Source: an uncultured Bacteriovoracaceae bacterium (GTDB lineage Bacteria > Bdellovibrionota > UBA2428). From it: a stretch of DNA of 64,000 nucleotides. The translations under genes were made by a program, and so were the position numbers. Positions 9,958-18,733 of this stretch are shown here, one piece after another; within the stretch, counting starts at the first letter, position 1; each line of letters starts with the position of its first letter. The notes under the pieces are model-generated. The model made no database searches. It worked only from the letters and a program-made list of their open reading frames with translations, and was not told the DNA's origin. Where the stretch lies: the NCBI GenBank assembly GCA_964538275.1, contig CAZIFW010000002.1, forward strand, positions 5,052 through 69,051. Direction: 5' to 3'.

Positions 9958-10928
9958 TTTGTTAGTTCATAACATAGCCAAAGATGAGCGTCGTTGGGAG
10001 ACTCATCGCGACGTTGATAGGAATTTTTTAGAGTGAATTTTTTATCAAAAGCAGCTTCAAAGGCTTGACGAGCTGGGCCATCTAAGACACCGGTTGCTAC
10101 CCAAGAGCCTTCATCAGCAAGTAATTTTTCTATCCAAGGAGTAAGGCGAGCCAGAACTTCGCCGTAAATATTGGAAACAATTAGATCAAATTGAGCTCCA
10201 CTCTCAATAAGGGTTTCAAGATTGGCTTTATCGCCACAAAGGATTTGAGTATTCTCGAGTGAAAGAGCATTGAGTGCAAAGTTTTTGGGAATTTCCTCTT
10301 CACAGTTTAAGTCTAGATCCGTAGCAGTAATTTGTGCGGCGGGGTAAAATCTTCTCGCGACAATTGAAAGAATGCCACTTCCTGCGCCGATATCTATAAT
10401 GTTTTTAAAATTTCTCTCAGAGTTTTCGCTCAACCACTCACTTATCATTTGAGTGGTAGGGTGTTCGCCTGTTCCAAAAGCCATGCCCGGATCAATCACA
10501 AAACATGTCTTGGAGGGAGCTTTGCCAACCCAAGGGGGACCAATCCATAAATCTTTTCCAAAGCTTTTACCTTGAACGCGTTTTTTATATTCTTCAATGT
10601 AGGATTCGGGAAGAATTTCTTCGCTGCTTAAGAGAGGAAGTGCTTCACGGTCGAGAAAACTTTTAATTTCGCCAAAGATTTCTTGAGATTCTGGAATAAA
10701 TATTTTGAGTCTAGTCGTGGCGCTTTCTACCAGCATTTCGTCTTTGGTCCAGTCGTCTACTTTTTGGGGTTCTCTAAATTCTGTGCCCAGTTGAGGTAAG
10801 TACAATTCATCTTCAGGAGGCAGTTCTTGAAGCCCTAAAATACCCATTTCCCACAGTAGAAAAGAAAGCTCATCAACTCTAGAAGTAGGCACTAATGTAC
10901 TGAGGGAAATAGCTTTATCTTGTGGCAC
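9954..10928 (-). CDS. prmA: Ribosomal protein L11 methyltransferase
   Basis: IDPGMAFGTGEHPTT, IDIGAGSGIL, DLIVSNI. Confidence 0.88.
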   Translation of the reverse strand: MPQDKAISLSTLVPTSRVDELSFLLWEMGILGLQELPPEDELYLPQLGTEFREPQKVDDWTKDEMLVESATTRLKIFIPESQEIFGEIKSFLDREALPLLSSEEILPESYIEEYKKRVQGKSFGKDLWIGPPWVGKAPSKTCFVIDPGMAFGTGEHPTTQMISEWLSENSERNFKNIIDIGAGSGILSIVARRFYPAAQITATDLDLNCEEEIPKNFALNALSLENTQILCGDKANLETLIESGAQFDLIVSNIYGEVLARLTPWIEKLLADEGSWVATGVLDGPARQAFEAAFDKKFTLKNSYQRRDESPNDAHLWLCYELTK

Positions 10929-10966
10929 CCAAACTTTGTAGCATGCCTATAAATTGAGACCTATCA

Positions 10967-11008
10967 AAAAGGTATCGAGTACATTCCAAAAGGTACTAGG
11001 TACCTTTT
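10967..11008. repeat. AAAAGGT-family intergenic repeat cluster C
   Basis: AAAAGGTA at 10967 and 10988 (21-bp period); perfect palindrome AAAAGGTAC-TAG-GTACCTTTT at 10988-11008. Confidence 0.75.
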
Positions 11009-11031
11009 GAGAATAGGGGTAGAAAAGGGGG

Positions 11032-11985
11032 GTGTTAAAAAAAGACTTATTAGAGCGAAAGGCGCGCTATCGTAAAGCTCTGCGTGCTTTTTTTGAAGAG
11101 CAAGGTTTTCTAGAGGCTGTAACTCCACTTCTTGTAATAAATCCTGGGCTTGAGCCCAACATTCAGTATTTTGAAACAGAGTTTAAGCCTTTGATGGGAA
11201 GGGGAAGGCCCCAGACATTTTATCTTCCCACGTCGCCTGAATATCATCTTAAAAAAATCTTATCTTGGGGAGTTCCTAAGCTATTTGAAATCACACGTTC
11301 TTTTCGTAATGGTGAATGGGGCACGGAGCATCGCCCAGAATTTGAAATGTTGGAGTGGTATAGACAACCCGGAACTTATGAAGACATTGCACGCGACGTA
11401 GAAGCATTGCTTGCTCACTTGTGGAAAACATTTAATGACCAAGATCTACCAGCGGTAAAACATAAAAAAGTGCAGGAACTATTTTCGGAATTTCAACTTG
11501 ATCTGGAACATTTACAGAGTGTTCCTCTTGTAGCTTTTCGAGATCAGTTAAAAAAACATAAAATTGAAACTCACGACAGCGATTCTTTTGAAGATCTTTT
11601 TCATAGAGCTTTTATGCAGCTCATTGAACCTCGTTTTTCTTCTAGCGAAATTTTATTTCTTTGGGATTTTCCCGCACCCTTGCGTGCTCTATCCAAACTC
11701 AATAGCAATCCTGCTTTTTGTAAGCGTTTTGAGGTTTATTGGGGTCAAGTTGAATTGGGCAATGCTTTTGATGAGTTGATTGATCCCGATGAATTGAGAG
11801 CTGTATGCACAGCTGACCAAAAACGCCGCTTAGAGCGTTATGGAAAAGCTCCACCCTTAGATGAGGACTTTATCCAGGCGCATCACAAACTTATGCCGCA
11901 GATGGGCGGTATTGCCATGGGTGTTGATAGAATTTTTCAGTGGACCCAAGGGGCAAAAAGCCTTGATGAGGTTATGCTGTTCTAG
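11032..11985 (+). CDS. epmA: EF-P lysine aminoacylase (GenX/PoxA)
   Basis: YLPTSPEYHLKK, SFRNGE, HRPEFEMLEWY, RFEVY, ELGNAFDEL, GIAMGVDR; no anticodon-binding domain. Confidence 0.92.
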   Translation: MLKKDLLERKARYRKALRAFFEEQGFLEAVTPLLVINPGLEPNIQYFETEFKPLMGRGRPQTFYLPTSPEYHLKKILSWGVPKLFEITRSFRNGEWGTEHRPEFEMLEWYRQPGTYEDIARDVEALLAHLWKTFNDQDLPAVKHKKVQELFSEFQLDLEHLQSVPLVAFRDQLKKHKIETHDSDSFEDLFHRAFMQLIEPRFSSSEILFLWDFPAPLRALSKLNSNPAFCKRFEVYWGQVELGNAFDELIDPDELRAVCTADQKRRLERYGKAPPLDEDFIQAHHKLMPQMGGIAMGVDRIFQWTQGAKSLDEVMLF

Positions 11986-11987
11986 AA

Positions 11988-13019
11988 ATGAAGAAGTTTG
12001 CATTTTTGGCATTAGCTTTAATTTTTTCTTTTTCGTCATGTGCTTCGAGAAAAGTACCTGAGCAAAGATTCTTAAGTGTCTTAACTTTTAATGTAGAAAA
12101 TCTTTTTGATACTGAACACGATCTCGGTAAAATGGATTACACCTATCTGCCTCTTTCTACAAAGCGCACAATATTAAAACAAAGTGTAGATCGCTACTGT
12201 GCCACAGTGACGAATCCTACTTGGCTAAAGGAGTGTCGTGAAGTGGACTGGAGTGAAAGACGTTTGCAAGAAAAGCTCTTGAGAGTGTCTCAGGTTATTC
12301 GCGAAGCAACTTCCGGATGCCCAGATGTTGTAGTGTTGCAGGAAATAGAGAATGAAAAGATTCTTAAGCGTTTAAATTCCATGTTGAATTGTGGTTACAC
12401 TACGCAGTTGATCTCAGATGATCGTGATGCTCGAGGTATTGATGTTGCAATTTTGTCTAGGTTTGAGATGCGCACTCAAACTAATCACTCAATTCCATTT
12501 AAAGGTATTGATTCTCAAGCGCGCAAAGACACACGTGCACTGTTAGATGCAGAGCTTTCTATTAATGGATTTGCTTTGCGAGTTATGGCGTTACATTTAC
12601 CCGCACCTGTTCGTCCCGCAAGCTTTCGCTTGGATGCTATCCGTTTTATCGAGAGCCTTTCATCCAAGGATTCTGTGGCAACAATTATCGCAGGGGATTG
12701 GAACGTAACCGAAAAGGAATCCACTCAAGAAAAGAGTTTTGCAAACCTTCGCAAAAATTTTCACATATCTGATGACATCATTCGAAGTACTTCAGCAGAA
12801 AAAGGTACGAGCTATTACAAAAAAGAAAAGTCATGGTCTTTTTTAGATAAGATTGCTCTTGGTCGAAATGCTTTTGACTCTGTTGAGTGTAAGGTTGCCA
12901 ATACGCTTCCTGGTCAACGGGAGAGAGACACGGGAGCTCCTAAGCCTTTTCCCTTGTACGGACGCTTAGATGAAGGCGTTTCGGATCATTTCCCTGTGCT
13001 TTGTCGTGCATCCTATTAA
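11988..13019 (+). CDS. Endonuclease/exonuclease/phosphatase family lipoprotein
   Basis: Lipobox SSC, TFNVENLFD, LQEIEN, RGIDVA, AGDWN, LDKI, VSDHFPV. Confidence 0.88.
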   Translation: MKKFAFLALALIFSFSSCASRKVPEQRFLSVLTFNVENLFDTEHDLGKMDYTYLPLSTKRTILKQSVDRYCATVTNPTWLKECREVDWSERRLQEKLLRVSQVIREATSGCPDVVVLQEIENEKILKRLNSMLNCGYTTQLISDDRDARGIDVAILSRFEMRTQTNHSIPFKGIDSQARKDTRALLDAELSINGFALRVMALHLPAPVRPASFRLDAIRFIESLSSKDSVATIIAGDWNVTEKESTQEKSFANLRKNFHISDDIIRSTSAEKGTSYYKKEKSWSFLDKIALGRNAFDSVECKVANTLPGQRERDTGAPKPFPLYGRLDEGVSDHFPVLCRASY

Positions 13020-13141
13020 CACTTGAATAGCTTGATTAGTGTGCGGCGCATAATTCGTGAGTTCTTTTAAGATTTATTTAGCAATTTCTAGAATAAATCT
13101 GGGAACTTGTCTTAAACTGAGCATAGGGGACGGGCAAGGTT

Positions 13142-13483
13142 ATGACGCTTACAAAGATGGATATCATTCAGAAGGTTGCAGACCAGTGTGGTTTTTCCAA
13201 ACTGGAGGCGTCTGAATATGTTGAGCTTTTTTATGACATTATCAAAGACGCATTAGAGAAAGGCGAGAACGTTCGCATCTCTGGTTTTGGTAATTTTATT
13301 TTGAGAGATAAAAGAAGTCGCGTGGGTCGCAATCCTCAAACCGGAAAAGCGATTGAGATTTCTCCTAGACGCGTAATGAGTTTTAAAATCAGTCAGATTT
13401 TAAAAGAGGCTATGAATTCGGGCAGTGGCTCTTATCCTAAAGATGCCAAAGATGATGATCGTGATCCTGACGAGAGAATCTAA
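13142..13483 (+). CDS. ihfA: Integration host factor alpha subunit with an acidic C-terminal tail
   Basis: LTKMDI, VRISGFGNF, RVGRNPQTG, ISPRRVMSFK. Confidence 0.9.
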   Translation: MTLTKMDIIQKVADQCGFSKLEASEYVELFYDIIKDALEKGENVRISGFGNFILRDKRSRVGRNPQTGKAIEISPRRVMSFKISQILKEAMNSGSGSYPKDAKDDDRDPDERI

Positions 13484-13486
13484 ATT

Positions 13487-13708
13487 TCACTCGCCGTAGG
13501 TACCGGTTCGAGGTACATCCACTGTTTCTTCAGTATCTACTTCTTTTTCAGCGGCTTTTTGTTTGTAAATTTCTTCACGATTTACAGCGACGTTGCGTGG
13601 AGCTTCAATGCCAATGCGCACTTGTTTGCCCTTGATTTCAACGATTTTAATTTTGATGTCATCTCCGATGACGATTAGCTCACCAATTTTTCTTGTCAGA
13701 ACTAGCAT
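13487..13708 (-). CDS. csrA: Carbon storage regulator CsrA/RsmA
   Basis: [37 protein letters not shown]. Confidence 0.96.
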   Translation of the reverse strand: MLVLTRKIGELIVIGDDIKIKIVEIKGKQVRIGIEAPRNVAVNREEIYKQKAAEKEVDTEETVDVPRTGTYGE

Positions 13709-14408
13709 AGCGTTCTCCTGACAACTCTATCGGCATCTTTTGAATCTCTTGAGCGACAATATCTTGAAGTTCAGAAGTCCACTTACGATTTGGAAAGTTT
13801 GCACGAATGAGTTGAAGGAGTTTTTGACTGTCTTTATGGCTCAGCTGTGGGAATAAGCCCAAGCAGATGTTTAAAAAGAGCTCTTCAGTGATGTTTTTTT
13901 GACAACGGTTCTTATCTAGAAAATAAAAACTTTCTTCAAACAAAGAGGGTTCTTTGTAAAGCTCCAAGGCTCTACAAAGTGCTTTCACTGAAAGTGAGGT
14001 TTCTTTAGAAAGCGCATAGAGATAAGACAAAGTGCCCCATAGAGTGAGAGAATCACGTCCCAGTGAAGCTGATGTCTTGAGAGCTTCGAGAGCGGTCATT
14101 TCATCTTTAAGTTTGAGGGCAAGAATGGCTTGACGTTCAAAGACACAAGATTTTTCTACATCGCTTAGGGAGAAAAAAACTTCCTGCCACTTTTCGCCTC
14201 CTGAAATAAAATCTCCCATTAATGTGTGGGCTTTAAGAGGAGCTTGTTCTTCGAGTAATTCCAGAAAACAAAGTAAAAGTTTAAAGTTCGAGGGATTTTT
14301 TTTCAAAAGAGCTTCAATCACAATAAAGCTCGCTTGAATTTCTCCCGCGTTCGCCCAGCTCTGTGCTTGACGAAAAACTTTTTTGTCTTCGGAATTTAGA
14401 TCTTTCAT
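13680..14408 (-). CDS. TPR-like hypothetical protein
   Basis: Helical repeats with TPR-like A/L spacing. Start placed at ATG 14408 (ATGA overlap with the upstream ORF); 3' end overlaps the csrA start. Confidence 0.65.
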   Translation of the reverse strand: MKDLNSEDKKVFRQAQSWANAGEIQASFIVIEALLKKNPSNFKLLLCFLELLEEQAPLKAHTLMGDFISGGEKWQEVFFSLSDVEKSCVFERQAILALKLKDEMTALEALKTSASLGRDSLTLWGTLSYLYALSKETSLSVKALCRALELYKEPSLFEESFYFLDKNRCQKNITEELFLNICLGLFPQLSHKDSQKLLQLIRANFPNRKWTSELQDIVAQEIQKMPIELSGERYASSDKKNW

Positions 14409-14695
14409 TGAGACATTAAATCCAATTCTTTTTCTGTTTCTGCGAGTGCAACTTTTAAATCTCGAAGTGAAAATTGTTGAGTACTTCGACTGAATTTTTC
14501 TAACCAATTAGGAACGCACACATTCGGGTGCAGTTTCTCACCCGACTCGCGTAGCACCTTTAAGAGTTGAACTCTTTTTTCTAGTAGTGCTAAAAAAAGT
14601 CCTGACATTTCATGGGTAACTTTTCCATCGGACTCTACCCAAAGACGCAAAATTTTCTCATCAATTTTTTTTAAATGTCTTAATTTTGGATTCAA
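14405..14695 (-). CDS. Small helical hypothetical protein
   Basis: 96-aa ORF with a G-rich RBS, translationally coupled to the TPR-like gene. Confidence 0.65.
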   Translation of the reverse strand: MNPKLRHLKKIDEKILRLWVESDGKVTHEMSGLFLALLEKRVQLLKVLRESGEKLHPNVCVPNWLEKFSRSTQQFSLRDLKVALAETEKELDLMSQ

Positions 14696-14789
14696 TTGCT
14701 TTCCCCCCTTAACCCTAAGCCTATGAGTCCATTTTCACGCGAAATGGGGTCTTGTGTATCGCGTCTTTTTTTGACGGGCACTTCTTCTT

Positions 14790-14822
14790 TTGACGGACTG
14801 TGAGTTGCCCTCTATAACTCAC
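14790..14822 (+). promoter_or_regulatory. Sigma70 promoter with overlapping palindromic operator
   Basis: TTGACG(14790)-N17-TATAAC(14813); GTGAGTT-N9-AACTCAC (14800-14822) spans the -10 box. Confidence 0.65.
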
Positions 14823-14835
14823 TCTGAGGTAGTTT

Positions 14836-15651
14836 ATGTCAGAGCGTTATAACGAAGCATTTAAAAATACATACAAAGGCACATGGGGCATTGTTTTAGG
14901 CGCATCCTCAGGGTTTGGAGCTGCTACAGCCAAAGCGTTTGCAAAGGCAGGAATGAACATTCTGGGAGTGCATTTGGATCGCAAATCTACGCTTGATAAT
15001 GTCAAAGTTTTGGAAGAAGAGCTACTAGCGTGCGATGTGAAATGTCGTTTTTATAATGTGAATGCGGCTGACGAAGCGAAAAGAAAAGAAATTCTTTCTG
15101 AAATGGAAGGTGAAGTGAAGGGTAAGGTTTCATTGCTTTTTCACTCCTTAGCATTTGGTTCTTTACTTCCATTTATTGAAAGCGATCCTAAGGCCCGTCT
15201 TTCTAAAAGTCAGATGGATATGACTTTAGATGTAATGGCACATTCTCTTGTCTATTGGGCGCAAGATCTTGCAGGAGCCCATTGGTTTAACAATAATGCT
15301 TCTGTATATGCCATGACATCTGCAGGTTCATCTAAGGTATGGAAAAGTTATGGAGCCGTGAGTGCTGCAAAATCTGCGCTTGAAAGCCACTGTCGGCAAT
15401 TAGCTCTTGAGCTAGCGCCTCAAAAAGTTCGAGTAAACGCACTCCTAGCAGGGGTAACAGACACGCCAGCTTTAAGAAAAATTCCGGGCAATGATTCTAT
15501 GATAGAAGTTGCTAAACGTCGTAATCCAATGGGCAGGCTTACAACTCCTGAAGATGTTGCAAATGCAGCAGTTGCATTGTCTTTGCCGTCACTTGCTTTC
15601 ATGACGGGCAATGTGATCCGCATTGATGGCGGCGAAAACATTGTTGAATAA
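14836..15651 (+). CDS. Enoyl-ACP reductase, FabL-like SDR
   Basis: LGASSGFG, YGAVSAAK, VNALLAGVTDTPAL, NPMGRLTTPEDVA, IRIDGG. Confidence 0.8.
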   Translation: MSERYNEAFKNTYKGTWGIVLGASSGFGAATAKAFAKAGMNILGVHLDRKSTLDNVKVLEEELLACDVKCRFYNVNAADEAKRKEILSEMEGEVKGKVSLLFHSLAFGSLLPFIESDPKARLSKSQMDMTLDVMAHSLVYWAQDLAGAHWFNNNASVYAMTSAGSSKVWKSYGAVSAAKSALESHCRQLALELAPQKVRVNALLAGVTDTPALRKIPGNDSMIEVAKRRNPMGRLTTPEDVANAAVALSLPSLAFMTGNVIRIDGGENIVE

Positions 15652-15658
15652 CTCTTAG

Positions 15659-18340
15659 TTATTGTGGAGAAGAAAGAGTTCCAAAGTTTATAAGTAAGGG
15701 CGTATTCTGTTTTTCTGCTGCATTGACGTTACCCGTTCTAAAGTTTTGTTTTGAACCCCAACAGTACAATGCTCCAGAAGTTGTAAGTGCACACACATGC
15801 TTATCTCCCACAGCAACTTGATCAAAGTCTATAGAGGGACTTACGGGGGTAGGTACTGTAATAGGAGTTGTATTGGCAATTGCACCGTTTCCTACTTGCC
15901 CATAATCTTTAGATCCCCAGCAATATAATTTTTTTGTAGTGCTAATAGCACACGTTGTTTGTTGATTGGGAGTAGCATGGTTACCGCCAACAGAAATTTT
16001 TTCAAACTCAACACCCTCTGGATTGATAGCATCTGCTGTAGGTTTAAAGAGACTTGTAGTGGTTCCTGTTCCTAAAGCACCAAAGTTGTTCCATCCCCAA
16101 CAATAAACTTTGTTTGTATTTGTAATTCCACATGTATGAAAAGCGCCCGCAGCTAAATATCTAAAGAACTCGTCGGTTTCAAAGGGCTCGTTTGAGACAA
16201 TCCTTGGTGTAGCGTGGTTACCTTTATCGGCTGTAGTGGGAGTAATAGATTCTACAAAACCCAACATTCCTTTATCGTTACGACCCCAGCAAAGAGTTTT
16301 TGTATCTGTGCGACCATCTTTTTTTACAAGTGCACAAGTATGGCCATCGCCAGCAACAACTTGTACAAATTTTGTGTTACCAGCGCCAAATCCTGTTACG
16401 ACGTCAACGTTGATGTTTGTAGGTTGTGCAACTTTTTTAATTTTTGTATCTGCAATTGCAAGTTGTAGATTTTGGTTATCTCCCCAGCAAAAGAGTCGAT
16501 CATTTTCATCTATACCACATGTATGTCTACCACCTGCTGCAAGTTGCTTGAATTTATAAGTTGGGATCAGTTGAGGAGTGGCTGTGCTTCCACTTGTATT
16601 TGCAAGTTGATATTGAGTGTTGTCTCCCCAACAGTAAGCAAGTTTGTTTGCCATAATTCCGCAGCTATGTGTGCGACCCGCTGTAACTTTTAAGAAGTCG
16701 CTGTTTGTACTTCCTTTTGTAATTCTAAGAGGTGCTTGTACGTCTTTAGGCTTTCCAGTTGCATCTTGATAAATTGTTGAAGTTCCTGCCTGCCCAAGCG
16801 TACCCGCTCCCCAGCAAAATGCACTGGAATTTGCTACAACACAGGTGTGACCAGCGCCAGCAGCGAGTTCGCTTCCGAATGAGCTCAATGGAGAATGAGT
16901 AATGGTTTGTTCTCTAGGTAATTCTTCATTTCCGTTAAACTGTGTAAGTTTGATTGTTCTCAAGCCATTAGCATCGTCGGATAATGGGGTAAATTTAACT
17001 GAAAGATTAAATGTTCCAGTATTGTTACAAGGAGTTTCTGAAACCGTGTTCGGAAGAACCCCTATGCTATCGGAGGATAGCTTAACGTTAAAACCTGGAA
17101 TACAGGTTCCGGAAGCAATTGCAGTTTGAGAACTAATAGTACCCGTAGGAGCTGTTATTGTAAAAGTTGGCAATTCGGAATCTTTGTAAACTTTCCAACT
17201 TGCACGAGCTGGAGTTTGACTTTCGTTGCCTGCACGGTCTACAGCTTTTACAAAAAAGTAATAAGTTGTATTGAGTTTAAGATCAGGGCTAATATTCAAG
17301 CTAAGATTGTTATTGTTTGAAGTCTGAGTCCAAGTTGCTTGAGCATTTCCATTTATATTTTCACTGATGTAATACAAGTAATGGCTAATCCCAGATCCAC
17401 CTGTATTGTCAGTCGCAGTCCAGCTAATGGGAGGAGATGCTTTCAGATGAGTGCTGACTGCTTCAAGTCTTAAATCGGTTATATTATTAGGGGCAATTGT
17501 ATCAATTGTGTACGATGCTATCTCTTTGCATGAAGTCGTGAATGATCCTACTCCAAAACCTTTGGCAAATATTTTTATTGGAGACGTTGATTGAGTGAGG
17601 CTTAGTGCGACTCCTGTGCTTGATTCGTCTCTAGATAGTTTTGTTGTAATAGCTTGAGAATCTTGTTCGCAAGCACAAGTGCTAGTGTTGCAGCTATCGG
17701 TACCTCTAAAGAGTTGAACTTTGTCTACGTCCTCGTTGTTAATTTGTAGTTTAATCAACGGGTTTGAAACATTTCCAGCAAATAAGGAATTAGTTTTCCA
17801 ATCACCTGCAGAAGGATTTGCTTTAGTTGAAAAAGCTAAAAAATTTATAGGAGAATTGATGTTATGTGCGTAGGTGTATTTTTCTATACATTCAGAAAGA
17901 CTATTATCCGATTTGCGTGTTTTAAGGTAAATTTTAATACGAGTGTTGCTACTCATGGTCGATACATCGAGTTCAAGGCCTGTATTTTTTAGAAGAGCCG
18001 CATCAATACCATCATTTGGATCAATAACAGTTCCATTTTTAAGAGAGGCTAGGTTTGAGCACCCATTAATATAGACAAATACTTTTCTCACATTAGAGGC
18101 AACGGTAGCAGATATTTTTGGATAAAAACTACTTGCAGGGTTTAGAGTACTTCCAGTGGGACTAATGATCGGATTGCTAATTCCTGTGTTGTCGGTATCA
18201 ATGGGGTCATCGTCAACGGAATCCCCAGGATCGTTATCCCCTTCAGTGACAGTCAGTCCTTTCTCACCAAAAGAAGATTTTTGAAAACAACTTGTGAGAA
18301 GAAAAGACGAAAACAACAATGCAAATAGGTGTAAACCCAT
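15659..18340 (-). CDS. Large lipoprotein with FN3/Ig-like domains and a C-terminal 7-blade RCC1 propeller
   Basis: Lipobox LTSC; FN3-like YYFFVKAVDRAGNES; seven (A/V)G..HTC....CWG.N..GQL-type repeats. Confidence 0.88.
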   Translation of the reverse strand: MGLHLFALLFSSFLLTSCFQKSSFGEKGLTVTEGDNDPGDSVDDDPIDTDNTGISNPIISPTGSTLNPASSFYPKISATVASNVRKVFVYINGCSNLASLKNGTVIDPNDGIDAALLKNTGLELDVSTMSSNTRIKIYLKTRKSDNSLSECIEKYTYAHNINSPINFLAFSTKANPSAGDWKTNSLFAGNVSNPLIKLQINNEDVDKVQLFRGTDSCNTSTCACEQDSQAITTKLSRDESSTGVALSLTQSTSPIKIFAKGFGVGSFTTSCKEIASYTIDTIAPNNITDLRLEAVSTHLKASPPISWTATDNTGGSGISHYLYYISENINGNAQATWTQTSNNNNLSLNISPDLKLNTTYYFFVKAVDRAGNESQTPARASWKVYKDSELPTFTITAPTGTISSQTAIASGTCIPGFNVKLSSDSIGVLPNTVSETPCNNTGTFNLSVKFTPLSDDANGLRTIKLTQFNGNEELPREQTITHSPLSSFGSELAAGAGHTCVVANSSAFCWGAGTLGQAGTSTIYQDATGKPKDVQAPLRITKGSTNSDFLKVTAGRTHSCGIMANKLAYCWGDNTQYQLANTSGSTATPQLIPTYKFKQLAAGGRHTCGIDENDRLFCWGDNQNLQLAIADTKIKKVAQPTNINVDVVTGFGAGNTKFVQVVAGDGHTCALVKKDGRTDTKTLCWGRNDKGMLGFVESITPTTADKGNHATPRIVSNEPFETDEFFRYLAAGAFHTCGITNTNKVYCWGWNNFGALGTGTTTSLFKPTADAINPEGVEFEKISVGGNHATPNQQTTCAISTTKKLYCWGSKDYGQVGNGAIANTTPITVPTPVSPSIDFDQVAVGDKHVCALTTSGALYCWGSKQNFRTGNVNAAEKQNTPLLINFGTLSSPQ

Positions 18341-18380
18341 ATCTTAAGTCTAGGGGTCTTAACAGGGGCTTATATTTAAG

Positions 18381-18400
18381 TTTGTGTTAAGTCACACAAA
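18381..18400. promoter_or_regulatory. CRP/FNR-like palindrome in a divergent promoter region
   Basis: TTTGTGT-TAAGTC-ACACAAA, perfect 7-bp arms around a 6-bp spacer. Confidence 0.5.
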
Positions 18401-18458
18401 ATTAACCAAAATAAGCCAGGAGCTGGGTATTTTCTTAAAGAAGTCTTAAACTAAGAGC

Positions 18459-18722
18459 GTGGGACTGCAAAAAAACCAAAGAGGACAAGCTGCTGTTGAG
18501 TATGTCCTTTTAGTACTTGTTTGTGTTTTGGTTTTTGGGTGGTTATTTTATCAAATAAGAAGAGATCTTTTTCGTTTATGGGTATGTGAAATTGGCCCAC
18601 GAGTGCAGTCTCCTATTCCATGCAAAACGCGTGACCAATGTTTTGAATATATAGCTGAGCTGAGCACTGCGGATGGTAAGCAAAAAGTTAGAAATCAAAA
18701 ACAACAGTGTGATTCAATGTAA
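18459..18722 (+). CDS. Flp/TadE-like pilin or pseudopilin
   Basis: Class III signal QRG|QAAVEY (E at +5, Y at +6), hydrophobic helix, Cys-containing C-terminus. Confidence 0.72.
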   Translation: MGLQKNQRGQAAVEYVLLVLVCVLVFGWLFYQIRRDLFRLWVCEIGPRVQSPIPCKTRDQCFEYIAELSTADGKQKVRNQKQQCDSM

Positions 18723-18733
18723 TTTAGATAACT

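Noticed and set aside
5495-11008. CRISPR array interpretation of the short periodic repeats
   Set aside because: Only 2-3 units per cluster, no 30-40-nt unique spacers and no cas genes.
14405-14695. Chorismate mutase (AroQ) call for the 96-aa ORF
   Set aside because: IDEKILRL and LLEKRVQL resemble AroQ helix 1 but are separated by an insertion, and I could not place the catalytic residues.
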